Assembly (NCBI GenBank): GCA_030390025.1
Contig: CM059433.1
Location: 29,452,001 to 29,516,000, forward strand
Source of the DNA: Squalus acanthias
Taxonomy: Eukaryota
Reading direction: 5' to 3'
Length of the DNA: 64,000 nucleotides
Below the pieces are notes generated by a model, which was given only the letters and a program-made list of their open reading frames with translations, made no database searches and had not been told where the DNA came from. A program made the translations under genes and the position numbers. The number at the start of each line of letters is the position of its first letter. Positions within the stretch are counted from its first letter, which is position 1. Below, piece by piece: positions 42,879 to 55,000 of this stretch.

Positions 42879-43049
42879 TAATGCCAAACACAGTGATGGC
42901 AGTCGCACTGGATCCCATTCACTAGTATTTTTTCTTTCATATCTTTCTTGTGTTCTTTTTTCTCTTCCTTACTTTCTCTCTCGTTATCTGACTCTACGGC
43001 CTCAAATATAACAGCAGGGCCTCATTTGAATTTTGTTTCTCCGTTTCCC

Positions 43050-44275
43050 ACCTGTCAGACGGACAGATTGAGAGGCTGTCGCGGAGGAGAGATCATGGGG
43101 AGGGAGATCGCAGGGGAGGGAAATCACGGGGGGGGGGGCAAGAGATCACAGGGAGAGAGCGATCATGGATATAGAGATCTTGAGGGGAGAGATCGCGGGT
43201 GAGAGAGATCATGGGGGGAGAGATCGTCGGGGAGAGATCGCGGGGTAGATATCGTGGGTGAGAGAGATCGCGGGTGAGAGAGATCGTGGGGGGAGAGAGA
43301 TCGTGGGGGGAGAGGTCACCGGGGAGAGATCGCGGGGTAGATATCGTGGGTGAGAGAGATCGCGGGTGAGAGAGATCGCGGGTGAGAGAGATCATGGGGG
43401 GAGAGATCGCGGGTGAGAGAGATCGCGGGTGAGAGAGATCATGGGGGGAGAGATCGCGGGTGAGAGAGATCGCGGGTGAGAGAGATCATGGGGGGAGAGA
43501 TCGCGGGTGAGAGATCGCGGGGTAGATATCGTGGGTGAGAGAGATCGCGGATGAGAGAGATCGTGGGGGGAGAGGTCGCCGGGGAGAGATCGCGGATGAG
43601 ATAGATCGCGGAGTAGATATCGCGGGTGAGAGAGATTGCGGGGTAGAGATCACGGGGGAAAGATCACTGGGGGGAGAGATCATGAAGGGAGAAATCGCGG
43701 GTAAGAGAGATCGCGGAGTAGATATCGCAGGTAAGTGAGAACGTCGGGGGGAGAGATCGAGGGTAAGAGCGATTGGCGAGGGCAGAGATCATGGGGGAGA
43801 GATCGCGGGTAAGAAAGATCATGGGGGCAGAGATCGCAGGAGATCGCGGGGGAGAGAGATCGCGGGGTAGAGATCACGAGGGGAGAGATCGCGGGGGAGA
43901 GATCGCTGATCGGCATTGGATCACAGAGGGGGGTCTGGAAACCACGGAGAGGGAGGCAGATCGCAGGTTACCCTGGGGTGGTCGGGGGGGTGGGGGTATG
44001 GGGGGTGGAAGGTGGTGGGGTGCAGGGAAGCACTCTTGCTCCTCCTGGCCCACAAGCAGTGCTGGAAAGCTATTTACCAGCTGCATCTGGCAGCTCCAGC
44101 CTCCCTTCAGTTGCCAGGTTTCCCGAGCCCTGGGATTAAATCCAAATGGCTGCTAAAATCTGAGGCAGGCAGCCTCCTTAACATATAAAGATTTCTGACC
44201 CACCTCACAAGAGCCGGTTACTCGACTGACCCCCCCAACCTGTTCCCACCTGTCCTGGGGGGTTACACAGAACCC
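43050..44275. mobile_element. Probable Harbinger-type MITE remnant carrying an expanded minisatellite
   Basis: GC-rich flanks and an internal GATC-containing G-rich repeat, organised like 36259-37022. It ends ..GAACCC|TAT. The left TIR is not seen. Confidence 0.45.
43080..43910. repeat. G-rich minisatellite, ~15-17-bp unit GAGAGAGATCGCGGGT / GAGAGATCATGGGGG
   Basis: Directly visible tandem repeats. Confidence 0.95.
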
Positions 44276-44331
44276 TATATTTCCACTATTTTCCTTCCTT
44301 CCATCCGTCCATCCATCCATCCACTCCCACC

Positions 44332-44693
44332 CACTGCTGAGGGAGTGCTGCACTGTCGGAGGTGCCGTCTTTCGGATGAAACGTTAAACCGAGGCCCCGT
44401 CTGCCCTCTCAGGTGGACGTAAAAGATCCCATGGCACCATTTCGAAGAAGAGTAGGGGAGTTATCCCTGGTGTCCTGGCCAATACTTCTCCCTAAACCAA
44501 CATCACCAAAAAAACAGATTATCTGGTCATTATCACATTGCTGTTAGTGGGAGCTTACTGTGCGCAAATTGGCTGCAGCATTTCTCACATTACAACAGTG
44601 GCTCCACTTCAAATAGTACTTCATTGGCTGTAAAGTGCTTTGAGACGTCTGGTGGTCGTGAAAGGCGCTATATAACTGCAAGTCTTTCTTTCT
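44332..44693 (+). mobile_element. Deu-domain SINE (SacSINE1/AmnSINE1-like), 5'-truncated
   Basis: GTGCTGCACTGTCGGAGGTGCCGTCTTTCGGATGA..TAAACCGAGGCCCCGTCTGCCCTCTCAGGTGGACGTAAAAGATCCCATGGCAC matches the Deu core as I recall it. The 3' tail is GAAAGGCGCTATATAACTGCAAGTCTTTCTTT. Confidence 0.85.
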
Positions 44694-44844
44694 ATCTTCA
44701 CCCTATTATGTTCTCTCATACTATCTCTGTCGCCTTCATTCCTTATCTATGAACCTTCTGCACAGCATTGCAGACAGAAATTAAGCAGGAACATAACTGA
44801 TTATGTGCAGTCCTCAGTGTCTCATTTTTTTTTCCCTCCTGCAG

Positions 44845-44940
44845 TTTTCGAACTGGAAATTGCTTTGATCGCTGGAGGCACAACCATTCTTCATTCGCAT
44901 TACTCCATCAAACGCAATTTATTGTCAAAAACATCTTTCG
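44845..44940 (+). other. Candidate 96-nt frame-preserving exon of an unidentified host transcript
   Basis: Very strong acceptor (T)9CCCTCCTGCAG and donor G|GTTAGC. Open in two frames (FELEIALIAGGTTILHSHYSIKRNLLSKTSF or FRTGNCFDRWRHNHSSFALLHQTQFIVKNIF). No recognised homology. Confidence 0.25.
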
Positions 44941-45157
44941 GTTAGCTCAGAAATAATGCAGAGTTTTTGCGCTGGGGGGAATGTCGTTTTTGGTTTCCTG
45001 AAAGTCAACATGAATGTGCAGCTTTTTGTCTTCAGCTAGTGGTATTAGGACTTACAGCATAAGTAAGCAACGCCGCTCTTCCCATGTCATAGCCCGAGTT
45101 GGTTGAGTGACTGAGGGAAGTCCGATTTGGACACAGTGAAATTTGTATTTCTGCATA

Positions 45158-45335
45158 GGCCCCGATATTTAAAAGGAAGGTGGAGGGGAGGGCGGGAGGA
45201 AACCCGGCAAGGCTGGGGTGCAGAGGTCCTGCCCAGTTTAACTGCAGGACCTCATGATCATTTTTTTCTTCCGTTTCCCACCCAGCAGCAGGCGGCAAAA
45301 CCAACGGCAGGTGGTCGCAGCTGGGAACCCTTTTG
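45158..45335. mobile_element. Harbinger-type MITE terminal fragment
   Basis: Starts GGCCCCGATATTT, followed by GGAGGAAACCCGG..GGTCCTGCC similar to the subterminal region of the MITE at 36259. Confidence 0.45.
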
Positions 45336-45894
45336 AGATATTAAATGTATCTATATTTTGTGGCCGTTCAGTGTTTACATAGGGTCCCGAATCATTTCAT
45401 CAGTTGCACCGTAGTTGCAGCATTCTGCTAACTGGCTGGCACGAAAATAGATTCCCCCTCTCATTTTCTTTGTTTAAATTTTGCTTGTAAGCTACATTTT
45501 TACACACCATGAAATGCCTCTTAAACCTTTGCACAAATGTCCTCTCTCCCTCTCTTTCTGTGAGCCCAAACAGCAGAGAAGTTTTTGAATTTTTCAGCAA
45601 TCTCTACGGATGAATTGGAACGTTGCATTCGCTGAGACTTGTTTTGAACACTGCATGAAACGTTGAACACGTTTCTTTAAGCATTGCATGTAAAAGTGGG
45701 CAACAAACATTAAATAGGTATTCTTCTAGTCCATTGTTACTGGTATCCATATTATACTGCCCCAAATTGGTTGACTGTTAACATGAGTGACTTATGCAAT
45801 ATTGTGGGAAAAACTATTCTCTTTCAGTTGCTATAGAAAACTGGTTTTGTGATTGAACCAATGAAAAGAAAGAACTTGCATTTATATAGGATAA

Positions 45895-46077
45895 TGTATT
45901 AGATGTAATATATTTGGATTTTCAAAAGGCCTTCGATAAGGTACCGCATAATAGACTCATGACTAAAGTCAGAGCATGCAGAGTCAAGGGACAAGCAGCA
46001 GAATGGAACATAAACACCAGCATGGAGCAGTAGGGCTGAATGGTCTGTTTCTGTGCTGTACACGCGATGTAATTCTT
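45895..46077 (+). mobile_element. CR1 fragment with a large internal deletion (RT motif joined to the 3' UTR)
   Basis: DVIYLDFQKAFDKVPHNRLMTKVRA, followed almost immediately by the 3' UTR GGGCTGAATGGTCTGTTTCTGTGCTGTA. A SINE-tail stub (AGAACTTGCATTTATATAG) precedes it at ~45864-45889. Confidence 0.8.
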
Positions 46078-46166
46078 CCCCAATAATCGAGTTACAGATT
46101 TCTGTAGTCTCTGAACACCAGTGTTCGGGAGCAGGAAAGATGTGACATTTCCCAAAGCAAGATCTA

Positions 46167-46883
46167 GGGGGCAAAATTCGGTCGCGCCCACTTTGGGGCG
46201 CTAACTTCGCCCTACTTTCAGCGCCCCGAAAGAATTAGCGCCCCCGCGCCCGAAATTCACTAGTAGTGCCCCAAGAGGGAGGCAGGGCTCTACTGGAAGC
46301 GCCCCGCCTCCCTCTTGGGGCACTGCGAGTGAATATCTCGGCACGTTGCGCTGAGGTACGACAGGCCTTCCTCCCCTTATTAAAGGGGAGGGGCCTAGTG
46401 CAGCGCAACCCGGGGCCCAGCTGGGCCACCAGGGATCGGAGTGCCGGCAAAAGAGCCCGGCACTCAAGAGGAGTGCTGGGCTCACGGAGCGCAGCTGGCT
46501 CCCCGCGGGGGGCTTCACAGGAGGCCGGGGACAGCAACGTGGGTAGGTGCTGGCAGGTGGCGAGCAAGAAAAATGGCTGCCCGGCACCTCCCCTTTAATT
46601 TGCACCACCCTGGTCGCACGTACGCCCCCCTGACCCTGTCGGACATAGCAGCCAGCAGTATGTCAGGGGGCGCTACCGAAGAGCGCGGCCGGGGCGCGAA
46701 CGGGGTGCTGTGCACGGCGATGACGTCATCGCTGGAGGCGCAGCGCTGCGGGGCGCTAACGGTTACTGCTGCCGCTAACCTACCGCTGAATTTCGCGGGA
46801 GGCGTTCGCGGCACCGCGCTCGGGCGCTAGTTGCTTTGCGCCCCGTTAGCGCCCTCTTAGCAAATCAATCAAATTCTCCCCCC
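46167..46883. mobile_element. PIF/Harbinger-type MITE, CpG-rich
   Basis: TIRs GGGGGCAAAATT / AATTCTCCCCC with CTAG on both sides (3-bp TSD CTA or TAG). Subterminal GGGGCGCTAAC / GTTAGCGCCC motifs. Confidence 0.85.
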
Positions 46884-46926
46884 CTAGTATTTTATATTGC
46901 AATCCTTACATCAAGGTGAGACTTCA

Positions 46927-47460
46927 AACATAAGAACATAAAAACAGAAGAATTAGGAGCAGGATTAGGCCATACAGCCCCTCGAGCCTGCTCCGCCATT
47001 CAATAAGATCATGGCTGATCTTCGACCTCAACTCCACTTTCCTGCCCGATCCCCATATCCATTGATTTCCCTAGAGTCTAAAAATCTATCTAGCTCAGCC
47101 TTGAACATACTCAACGATTCAGCATCCACAGCCCTTTATGATAGAGAATTCCAGATTCACAACCCACTAAGTGAAGAAATTCCTCCTCATCTCAGTCTTA
47201 AATGGCCGACCCTTATCCTGAGACTATGACCCCTGGTTCTAGACTCTCCAGCTAGGGGAAACATCCTCTCAGCATCTACCCTGTCAATCCCCATCAGAAT
47301 CTTATATGTTTCAATGCGATTACCTCACATTCTTCTAAACTCCAGAGATTAGAGGCCCAATCTACTCAATCTGTCCTCATAGGACAACCCTCTCATCCTA
47401 GGAATCAATCTAGTGAACCTTCGTTGCACCGTCCCTAAGGCAAGTATATCCTTCCTCAGG
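46927..47460 (-). mobile_element. CR1 LINE 3' portion (same subfamily as 1-477)
   Basis: ACATAAGA-type tail at ~46927. The 3' UTR is the reverse complement of that at 385-455, and ORF2 C-terminal sequence runs up to an abrupt junction at ~47460. Confidence 0.92.
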
Positions 47461-47973
47461 AAAGAGTAAATTTAAAAGCAGCGAGAGAAATGTCAAGGCT
47501 CTAGAGCAGAGTAAAGTTTTGGGTAAAAATAAGCAGAGTGGGTCAGGAAGGGACAGAGAGAATAACAAAGGTAATAAGGCATCAGTGACTAAGGTGACAT
47601 CAGGGAAAAATAGAAAAAAGTCAAAGCTAAAGGCATTATATCTGAATGCGCAAAGCATTCGCAACAAAATAGATGAATTAATAGTGCAGTTAGAAATTAA
47701 CAGGTTTGATCTAATATCCATAACGGAGACGTGGTTGCAAAGTGGCCAAGGTTGGGAACTAAATATTCCAGGATACTAACTTTTAGAAGAGATAGTCAAA
47801 ATGGAAAAGGAGGAGGGGTAGCCCTGATAATAAAGGATGGGAGAAAGACAGTACAGAGAAAGGATCTTAGCTCCGAAAATCAAGAAGTTGAATCAGTTTG
47901 GGTGGAGCTAAGAAACAGCAAGGGCAGAAAACATTGGTCGGAGTTGTTTATAGGCCCTCAAACAGTAGTTGTA
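47461..47973 (+). mobile_element. CR1 ORF2 5' fragment (APE endonuclease N-terminus)
   Basis: LKALYLNAQSIRNKIDEL..DLISITETWL..WELNIPGY / FRRDSQNGKGGGVALIIK..ESVWVELRN. It is cut by the tail of the next CR1. Confidence 0.92.
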
Positions 47974-48057
47974 ATCATTGAATCATAGAAATTTACAGCA
48001 CAGAAGGAGGCCATTCAGCCCATCTTGTCCGTGCCGGCCAACAAAGAGCTATCCACC

Positions 48058-50850
48058 CTAATCCCACTTTCCAGCACTTGGTCCGTAGCCTTATAGGTTA
48101 TGGCACTTCAAGTGCATAGCCAAGTACTTTTTGAATGTGATGAAGGTCTCTGCCTCTACCACCCTTTCAGGCAGTGAGTTCCAGATCCCCATCACCCTCT
48201 GGGTGAAAAAATGTTCTCCTCAACTTCCCTTTAATCCTTCTACCAGTTACTTTAAATCTATGTCCCCTGGTTATTGACCTCTCTGCTAAGGGAAATAGGT
48301 CCTTCCTATCCACTCTATCTAGGACCCTCATAATTTTGTACACCTCAATTAGGGCTCCCCTCAGCCTCCTCTGATCCAAAGAAAACAACCCCAGCCTATC
48401 CAAACTTTCCTCATAGCTAAAATTCCCCAGCCCAGGCAACATCCTCATAAATCTCCTCTGCACCCCCTCTAGTGCAATCACATCCTTCCTGTAATGTGGT
48501 GACCAGAACTGCATGCAGTATTCTAGCTGCGACCTAACTAGTGTTTTATAAAGTTCAAGCATAACCTCCCTACTCTTATATTCTATGCCTTGGATAATAA
48601 AGGCAAGTATCCCGCATGCTTTCTTAACAACCTTCCTGCTACCTTCAGGAATCTGTGGACATGTACTCCAAGGTCCCTCTGATCTTCTGCACTTCTCAGT
48701 GTCCTACCATTTATAGTGTATTCCCTTGCCTTGTTAGCCCTCCCCAAATGCATTACCTCACACTTTTCCAGATTGAATTCCATTTGCCACTGTTCTGCCC
48801 ACCTGACTAGTCCATTGATAGCTTCCTGCAGTCTGCAGCCTTCTTCTTCATTATCAACCACACGGCCAATTTTTGTATCATCTGCAAACTTCTTAATCAT
48901 ACTTCCTACATTTAAGTCCAAATCATTGATATATACCATAAAAAGCAGAGTACCCAGCACTGAGCCCTGCAGAAGCCCACTGGAAACAGCCTTCCAGTCA
49001 CAAAAACACCCTTCGACCATTACCCTTTGTTTCCTGCTTCTGACCAATTTTGGATCCAACTTGCCACTTCGCCTTGGATCCCATGGGCTTTTACTTTTGT
49101 GACCAGTCTGCCATGCGGGACCTTATCAAAAGCCTTGCTAAAATCCATATAGACTACATCAAATGCACTACCCTCATCGATCCTCCTTGTTGCCTCCTCA
49201 AAAAATTCAATCAAGTTAGTCAGACACGACCTTCTCTTGACAAATCCATGCTGACTGTCCTTGATTAATCCATGTCTTTCTAAATGAAGATTTATCCTGT
49301 CCCTCAGAATTTTTTCCAATAATTTTCCCACTACTGAGGTTAGGCTGACTGGCCTGTAATTATTCGGTCTATCCCTTTCTCCCTTTTTAAACAACGGTAC
49401 CACGTTAGCAATCCTCCAATCCTCTGGCACCACACCTGTAGCCAGAGAGGATTGGAAAATGATGGTCAGAGCCTCTGCTATTTCCTCTCTTACTTCTCTT
49501 AACAGTCTGGGATACATTTCCTCTGGGCCTGGGGATTTATCCACTTTCAAAGATGCTAAACCCCTTAATACTTCCTCTTTCACTGTGTTTATTTCATCTA
49601 ATATTTCACACTCCTCCTCCCTGATTGCAATGTCTGCATCGTCCCTCTCTTTTGTGAAAACAGACGCAAAGTATTCATTAAGAACCACACCCATGTCTTC
49701 TACTTCCACACACAGGTTACCTTTATGGTCCCTAATAGGCCCTACTCTTACTTTAGTTATCCTCTTGCTCTTAATGTATTTATAAAACATCTTCGGATTT
49801 TCCTTGATTTTACTTGCCAATATTTTTTCATGCCCTCTCTTTGCTTTCCTAATTTCCTTTTTAATTTCACCCCTGCACTTTTTATACTCCTGCAGGCTTT
49901 CTGCAGTATTGAGTCCTCGGTATCTGTCATAAGCTTCCCTTTTTTTCTTTATCCTACCCTGTATGCCCCTTGATATCCAGGGAGCTGTAGATTTGTTAGT
50001 CCTACCCTTTTTCTTTAAGGGAACATATTTGCTCTGAACCCTCACCATCTCCTCCTTGAATGCCTCCCACTGCTCCAACACTGATTTACCTTTAAGTTTC
50101 TGTCTCCAGTTCACTTTGGCTAAATCACCTCTCAGCTTAGTAAAATTAGCTGTTTCCCAATTGAGAACTTTTATTTTTGGTCTATCCTTGTCCTTTTCCA
50201 TAACTACCCTAAATCTAACGGAATTATGATCACTACCACCAATATGCTCTCCCACTGATACCCTTTCCACCTGCCCAGCTTCATTCCCTAAAACTAGGTC
50301 CAGAACGGCCCCCTCTCTTGTTGGGCTTGCTACGTACTGGCTAAAAAAGTTCTCCTGAATGCATTTTAAGAATTCTGCTCCCTCTATGCCTTTCACACTA
50401 ATTTTATCCCAGTTAATATTAGGGAAGTTGAAATCCCCTACTATTACTGCCCTATTTTTGTACGTCTCAGAAATTTGCCGACATATTTGCTCTTCTATCT
50501 CCCTCTGACTGTTCGGAGGTCTATAGTACACTCCCAACAGTGTGATTGCCTCTTTTTTGTTTTTCAGTTCAACCCATATGACCTCATTTGATGATCCTTC
50601 TAAGATATCCTCCCTCCTCACAGCTGTAATTGATTCTTTAATCAATATTGCGACCCCCCCTCCTTTTTTATCCCCCTCTATCTCATCTGAAAACCCTGTA
50701 ACCAGGAATGTTGAGCTGCCATTCCAGCCCTTCTTTCAGCCTTCTCAGTAATAACTATAATATCATACTCCTACATGTCTATCTGTGCCCTCAGTTCATC
50801 TGCCCTAGACTCCTTGCGTTGAAGTATACCATTTAGCACTGCCAAACTCC
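48058..50850 (-). pseudogene. CR1 ORF2 (APE endonuclease plus reverse transcriptase), frameshifted
   Basis: The 541-aa piece 49020-50645 has GVYYRPP, GDFNFP, SDHN, KSPGPE, NYRPVSLTS, QHGF and YMDFSKAFDKVPH. 48583-49059 has QGSVLG and FADDTK. 48167-48562 is the C-terminal domain. Confidence 0.95.
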
Positions 50851-51914
50851 CTTGTTGTCTATTTTCTAGCCTTTGTTTCCTCTGCCTTCCAAACTCGCTT
50901 ACTAATTTTCTGCCTTCTATTTCCAGCTTTGCTTCTGTCCCTTCTGAATCCACTCTCAGGTTCCCATCCCCCTGCCAAGCTAGTTTAAACCCTCCCCAAC
51001 AGCCCTAGCAAACCCCGCCGCGAGGATATTAGTCCTGGTCCTGTTGCAGTGTAACCCGTCCGGCTTGTACATGTCCCACCTCCCCCAGAAACGGTCTCAA
51101 TGCCTCAGGAATCTAAAGCCCTCTCTCCTGCACCATCTCTCTAGCCACGCATTCATCTGCTCTATCCTTCTGTTTCTGTACTCACTAGCACGTGACACCG
51201 GGAGTAATCCGGAGATTACTACCTTTGAGGTCCTGCTTTTTAATCTCTTTCCTAGCTCGCTAAATTCTGCCTGCAAGACCTCATCCCTTTTTACCTATGT
51301 CGTTGGTACCGATGTGGAGCACGACCTCTGGCTGTTCACCCACCCGCCACAGAATGTCCTGCAGCCGTTCAGTGACGTCCTTGACCCTAGCACCAGGGAG
51401 GCAACATACCATCCTGGAGTCATGTCTGCAAGTCTATTCCCCTAAAAATCGAATCCCCTACCACTATTGCTCTTCTACTCTTCTTCCTCCCTACCTTTGC
51501 AGCTGAGCCATCCATGGTGCCGTGGACTTGGCTCTGGCTGCACACCCCAGATGAACCATCGCCCTCACCAGTATCCAGAACTGAATACTGGTCAGTGAGC
51601 GAGAGGCACTCAGGGGACTCCTGCACTACCTGCCTGGTCCTCCTCTTCTGTCTGGCGGTCATCAATTCCCTCTTTGCCTGCACACTCTTAAGCTGTGGGG
51701 TGACCACCTCTAGAAACGTGCTATCCACGAAGATCTCAGCCTCGCGGATGCACTGCAGTGACTCCAGCCAACGCACAAGCTCCAAAACTCGGAGCTCGAG
51801 CTGCTGTAGCTGGCCACACTTCCCGCACACGTGGTCGTCCAGGCCACAAGAAGCATCCAGGATTTCCCACATGGCACAGGATGCGCATTACACAGGACTG
51901 AGCTGCCCTGCCAT
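50850..51914 (-). pseudogene. CR1 ORF1 (Cys-rich Zn-finger-like, coiled coil, SGNH esterase-like), disrupted
   Basis: The ATG at 51914 gives MAGQLSPV*CASCAMWEI..HVCGKCGQLQQLELRVLEL..RAIVVGDSIFRGID, with an in-frame stop at codon 9 and frameshifts after the GDS motif. Confidence 0.85.
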
Positions 51915-52069
51915 GCCTTTACTTTATAGACTATTAACTAGAAACTAGAAACACTCATCAGCTACTCACCAATCAGCTCCTTCCCTTGTGCCAACGTCAC
52001 TTTTTTATTCTGATGTCACTCTTTCCAATTCTGCCTTTGCTGAGTCTCTCCCGCTCAGGTCCACTGCAT

Positions 52070-55000
52070 CCGCTCCTCTCACCGCTCCTCTCACCGCTCC
52101 TCTCGCTCCTCTCACTCCTCTCGCTCCTCTCGGTCCTCTCACTCCTCTCGCTCCTCTCGCTCCTCTCGCTCCTCTCACTCCTCTCGCTCCTCTCGGTCCT
52201 CTCGCTCCTCTCACTACTCTCGCTCCTCTCGCTCCTCTCGCTCCTCTCACTCCTCCTCTCGCTCCTCTCACTCCTCTCACTCCTCTCGCTCCTCTCGCTC
52301 CTCTCGCTCCTCTCACTCCTCTCGCTCCTCTCGGTCCTCTCGGTCCTCTCACTCCTCTCGCTCCTCTCGCTCCTCTCGCTCCTCTCACTCCTCCTCTCGC
52401 TCCTCTCACTCCTCTCGCTCCTCTCGCTCCTCTCACTCCTCTCGCTCCTCTCGCTCCTCCTCTCGCTCTTCTCACTCCTCTCCCGCTCCTCTCACTCCTC
52501 TCGCTCCTCTCGCTCCTCTCCCGCTCCTCTCGCTCCTCTCGCTCCTCCTCTCACTCCTCTCGCTCCTCTCCCGCTCCTCTCACTCCTCTCGCTCCTCTCG
52601 CTCCTCTCCCGCTCCTCTCGCTCCTCTCGCTCCTCTCCCGCTCCTCTCCCTCCTCTCGCTCCTCTCACTCCTCTCGCTCCTCTCGCTCCTCTCACTCCTC
52701 TCGCTCCTCTCCCGCACCTCTCGCTCCTCTCGCTCCTCTCCCGCTCCTCTCACTCCTCTCGCTCCTCTCACTCCTCTCGCTCCTCTCGCTCCTCTCACTC
52801 CTCTCGCTCCTCTCGCTCCTCCTCTCACTCCTCTCGCTCCTTTCACTCCTCTCGCTCCTCTCGCTCCTCTCACTCCTCTCGCTCCTCTCACTCTTCTCGC
52901 TCCTCTCACGCCTCTCTCTTCTCTCGCTCCTCTCACCGCTCCTCTCACTCCTCTCGCTCCTCTCGCTCCTCTCACTCCTCTCACTCCTCTCGCTCCTCCT
53001 CTCACTCCTCTCGCTCCTTTCACTCCTCTCGCTCCTCTCGCTCCTCTCACTCCTCTCGCTCCTCTCACTCCTCTCGCTCCTCTCGCTCCTCTCGCTCCTC
53101 TCGCTCCTCTCGCTCCTCCTCTCACTCCTCTCGCTCCTCCTCTCGCTCCTCTCGCTCCTCTTGCTCCTCTCACTCCTCCTCTCGCTCCTCTCACTCCTCT
53201 CACTCCTCTCGCTCCTCTCGCTCCTCTCACTCCTCTCGCTCCTCTCGCTCCTCCTCTCGCTCTTCTCACTCCTCTCCCGCTCCTCTCACTCCTCTCGCTC
53301 CTCTCGCTCCTCTCCCGCTCCTCTCGCTCCTCTCGCTCCTCCTCTCACTCCTCTCGCTCCTCTCCCGCTCCTCTCACTCCTCTCGCTCCTCTCCCGCACC
53401 TCTCGCTCCTCTCGCTCCTCCTCTCACTCCTCTCGCTCCTCTCACTCCTCTCGCTCCTCTCGCTCCTCTCCCGCACCTCTCGCTCCTCTCGCTCCTCCTC
53501 TCGCTCCTCTCGCTCCTCTCCCGCTCCTCTCACTCCTCTCGCTCCTCCTCTCGCTCCTCTCACTCCTCTCGCTCCTCTCGCTCCTCTCACTCCTCTCGCT
53601 CCTCTCACTCCTCTCGCTCCTCTCGCTCCTCTCACTCCTCTCGCTCCTCTCGCTCCTCTCACTCCTCTCGCTCCTCCTCTCACTCCTCTCGCTCCTCCTC
53701 TCGCTCCTCTCGCTCCTCTCACTCCTCCTCTCGCTCCTCTCACTCCTCTCACTCCTCTCGCTCCTCTCGCTCCTCTCACTCCTCTCGCTCCTCTCGCTCC
53801 TCCTCTCGCTCTTCTCACTCCTCTCCCGCTCCTCTCACTCCTCTCGCTCCTCTCGCTCCTCTCCCGCTCCTCTCGCTCCTCTCGCTCCTCCTCTCACTCC
53901 TCTCGCTCCTCTCCCGCTCCTCTCACTCCTCTCGCTCCTCTCGCTCCTCTCCCGCACCTCTCGCTCCTCTCGCTCCTCTCCCGCTCCTCTCACTCCTCTC
54001 GCTCCTCTCACTCCTCTCGCTCCTCCTCTCGCTCCTCTCGCTCCTCTCCCGCTCCTCTCACTCCTCTCGCTCCTCCTCTCACTCCTCTCGCTCCTCTCAC
54101 TCCTCTCGCTCCTCTCGCTCCTCTCACTCCTCTCGCTCCTCTCACTCCTCTCGCTCCTCTCGCTCCTCTCACTCCTCTCGCTCCTCTCGCTCCTCTCACT
54201 CCTCTCGCTCCTCCTCTCACTCCTCTCGCTCCTCCTCTCGCTCCTCTCGCTCCTCTCACTCCTCCTCTCGCTCCTCTCACTCCTCTCACTCCTCTCGCTC
54301 CTCTCGCTCCTCTCACTCCTCTCGCTCCTCTCGCTCCTCCTCTCGCTCTTCTCACTCCTCTCCCGCTCCTCTCACTCCTCTCGCTCCTCTCGCTCCTCTC
54401 CCGCTCCTCTCGCTCCTCTCGCTCCTCCTCTCACTCCTCTCGCTCCTCTCCCGCTCCTCTCACTCCTCTCGCTCCTCTCGCTCCTCTCCCGCACCTCTCG
54501 CTCCTCTCGCTCCTCTCCCGCACCTCTCGCTCCTCTCGCTCCTCTCGCTCCTCTCGCTCCTCTCGCTCCTCTCACTCCTCTCGCTCCTCTCGCTCCTCTC
54601 ACTCCTCTCGCTCCTCCTCTCACTCCTCTCGCTCCTCTCACTCCTCTCGCTCCTCTCGCTCCTCTCGCTCCTCTCACTCCTCTCCCTCCTCTCGCTCCTC
54701 TCGCTCCTCTCGCTCCTCCTCTCACTCCTCTCGCTCCTCCTCTCACTCCTCTCGCTCCTCCTCTCGCTCCTCTCGCTCCTCTCACTCCTCTCGCTCCTCA
54801 TCTCGCTCCTCTCGCTCCTCTCGCTCCTCTCACTCCTCTCGCTCCTCTCGGTCCTCTCACTCCTCTCGCTCCTCTCGCTCCTCTCACTCCTCTCGCTCCT
54901 CTCGGTCCTCTCGGTCCTCTCACTCCTCTCGCTCCTCTCGCTCCTCTCGCTCCTCTCACTCCTCCTCTCGCTCCTCTCACTCCTCTCGCTCCTCTCGCTC

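Larger units (their letters stand above)
47974..52069 (-). mobile_element. Near full-length but decayed CR1 LINE (5' UTR, ORF1, ORF2, 3' UTR, tail)
   Basis: Tail AATCATTGAATCATAGA at ~47974; ORF2 48058-~50850; ORF1 ~50850-51914; the 5' UTR runs into the 9-bp array. Confidence 0.95.

Noticed and set aside
48058..51914. Active autonomous CR1
   Set aside because: ORF1 has a nonsense codon and both ORFs have multiple frameshifts.
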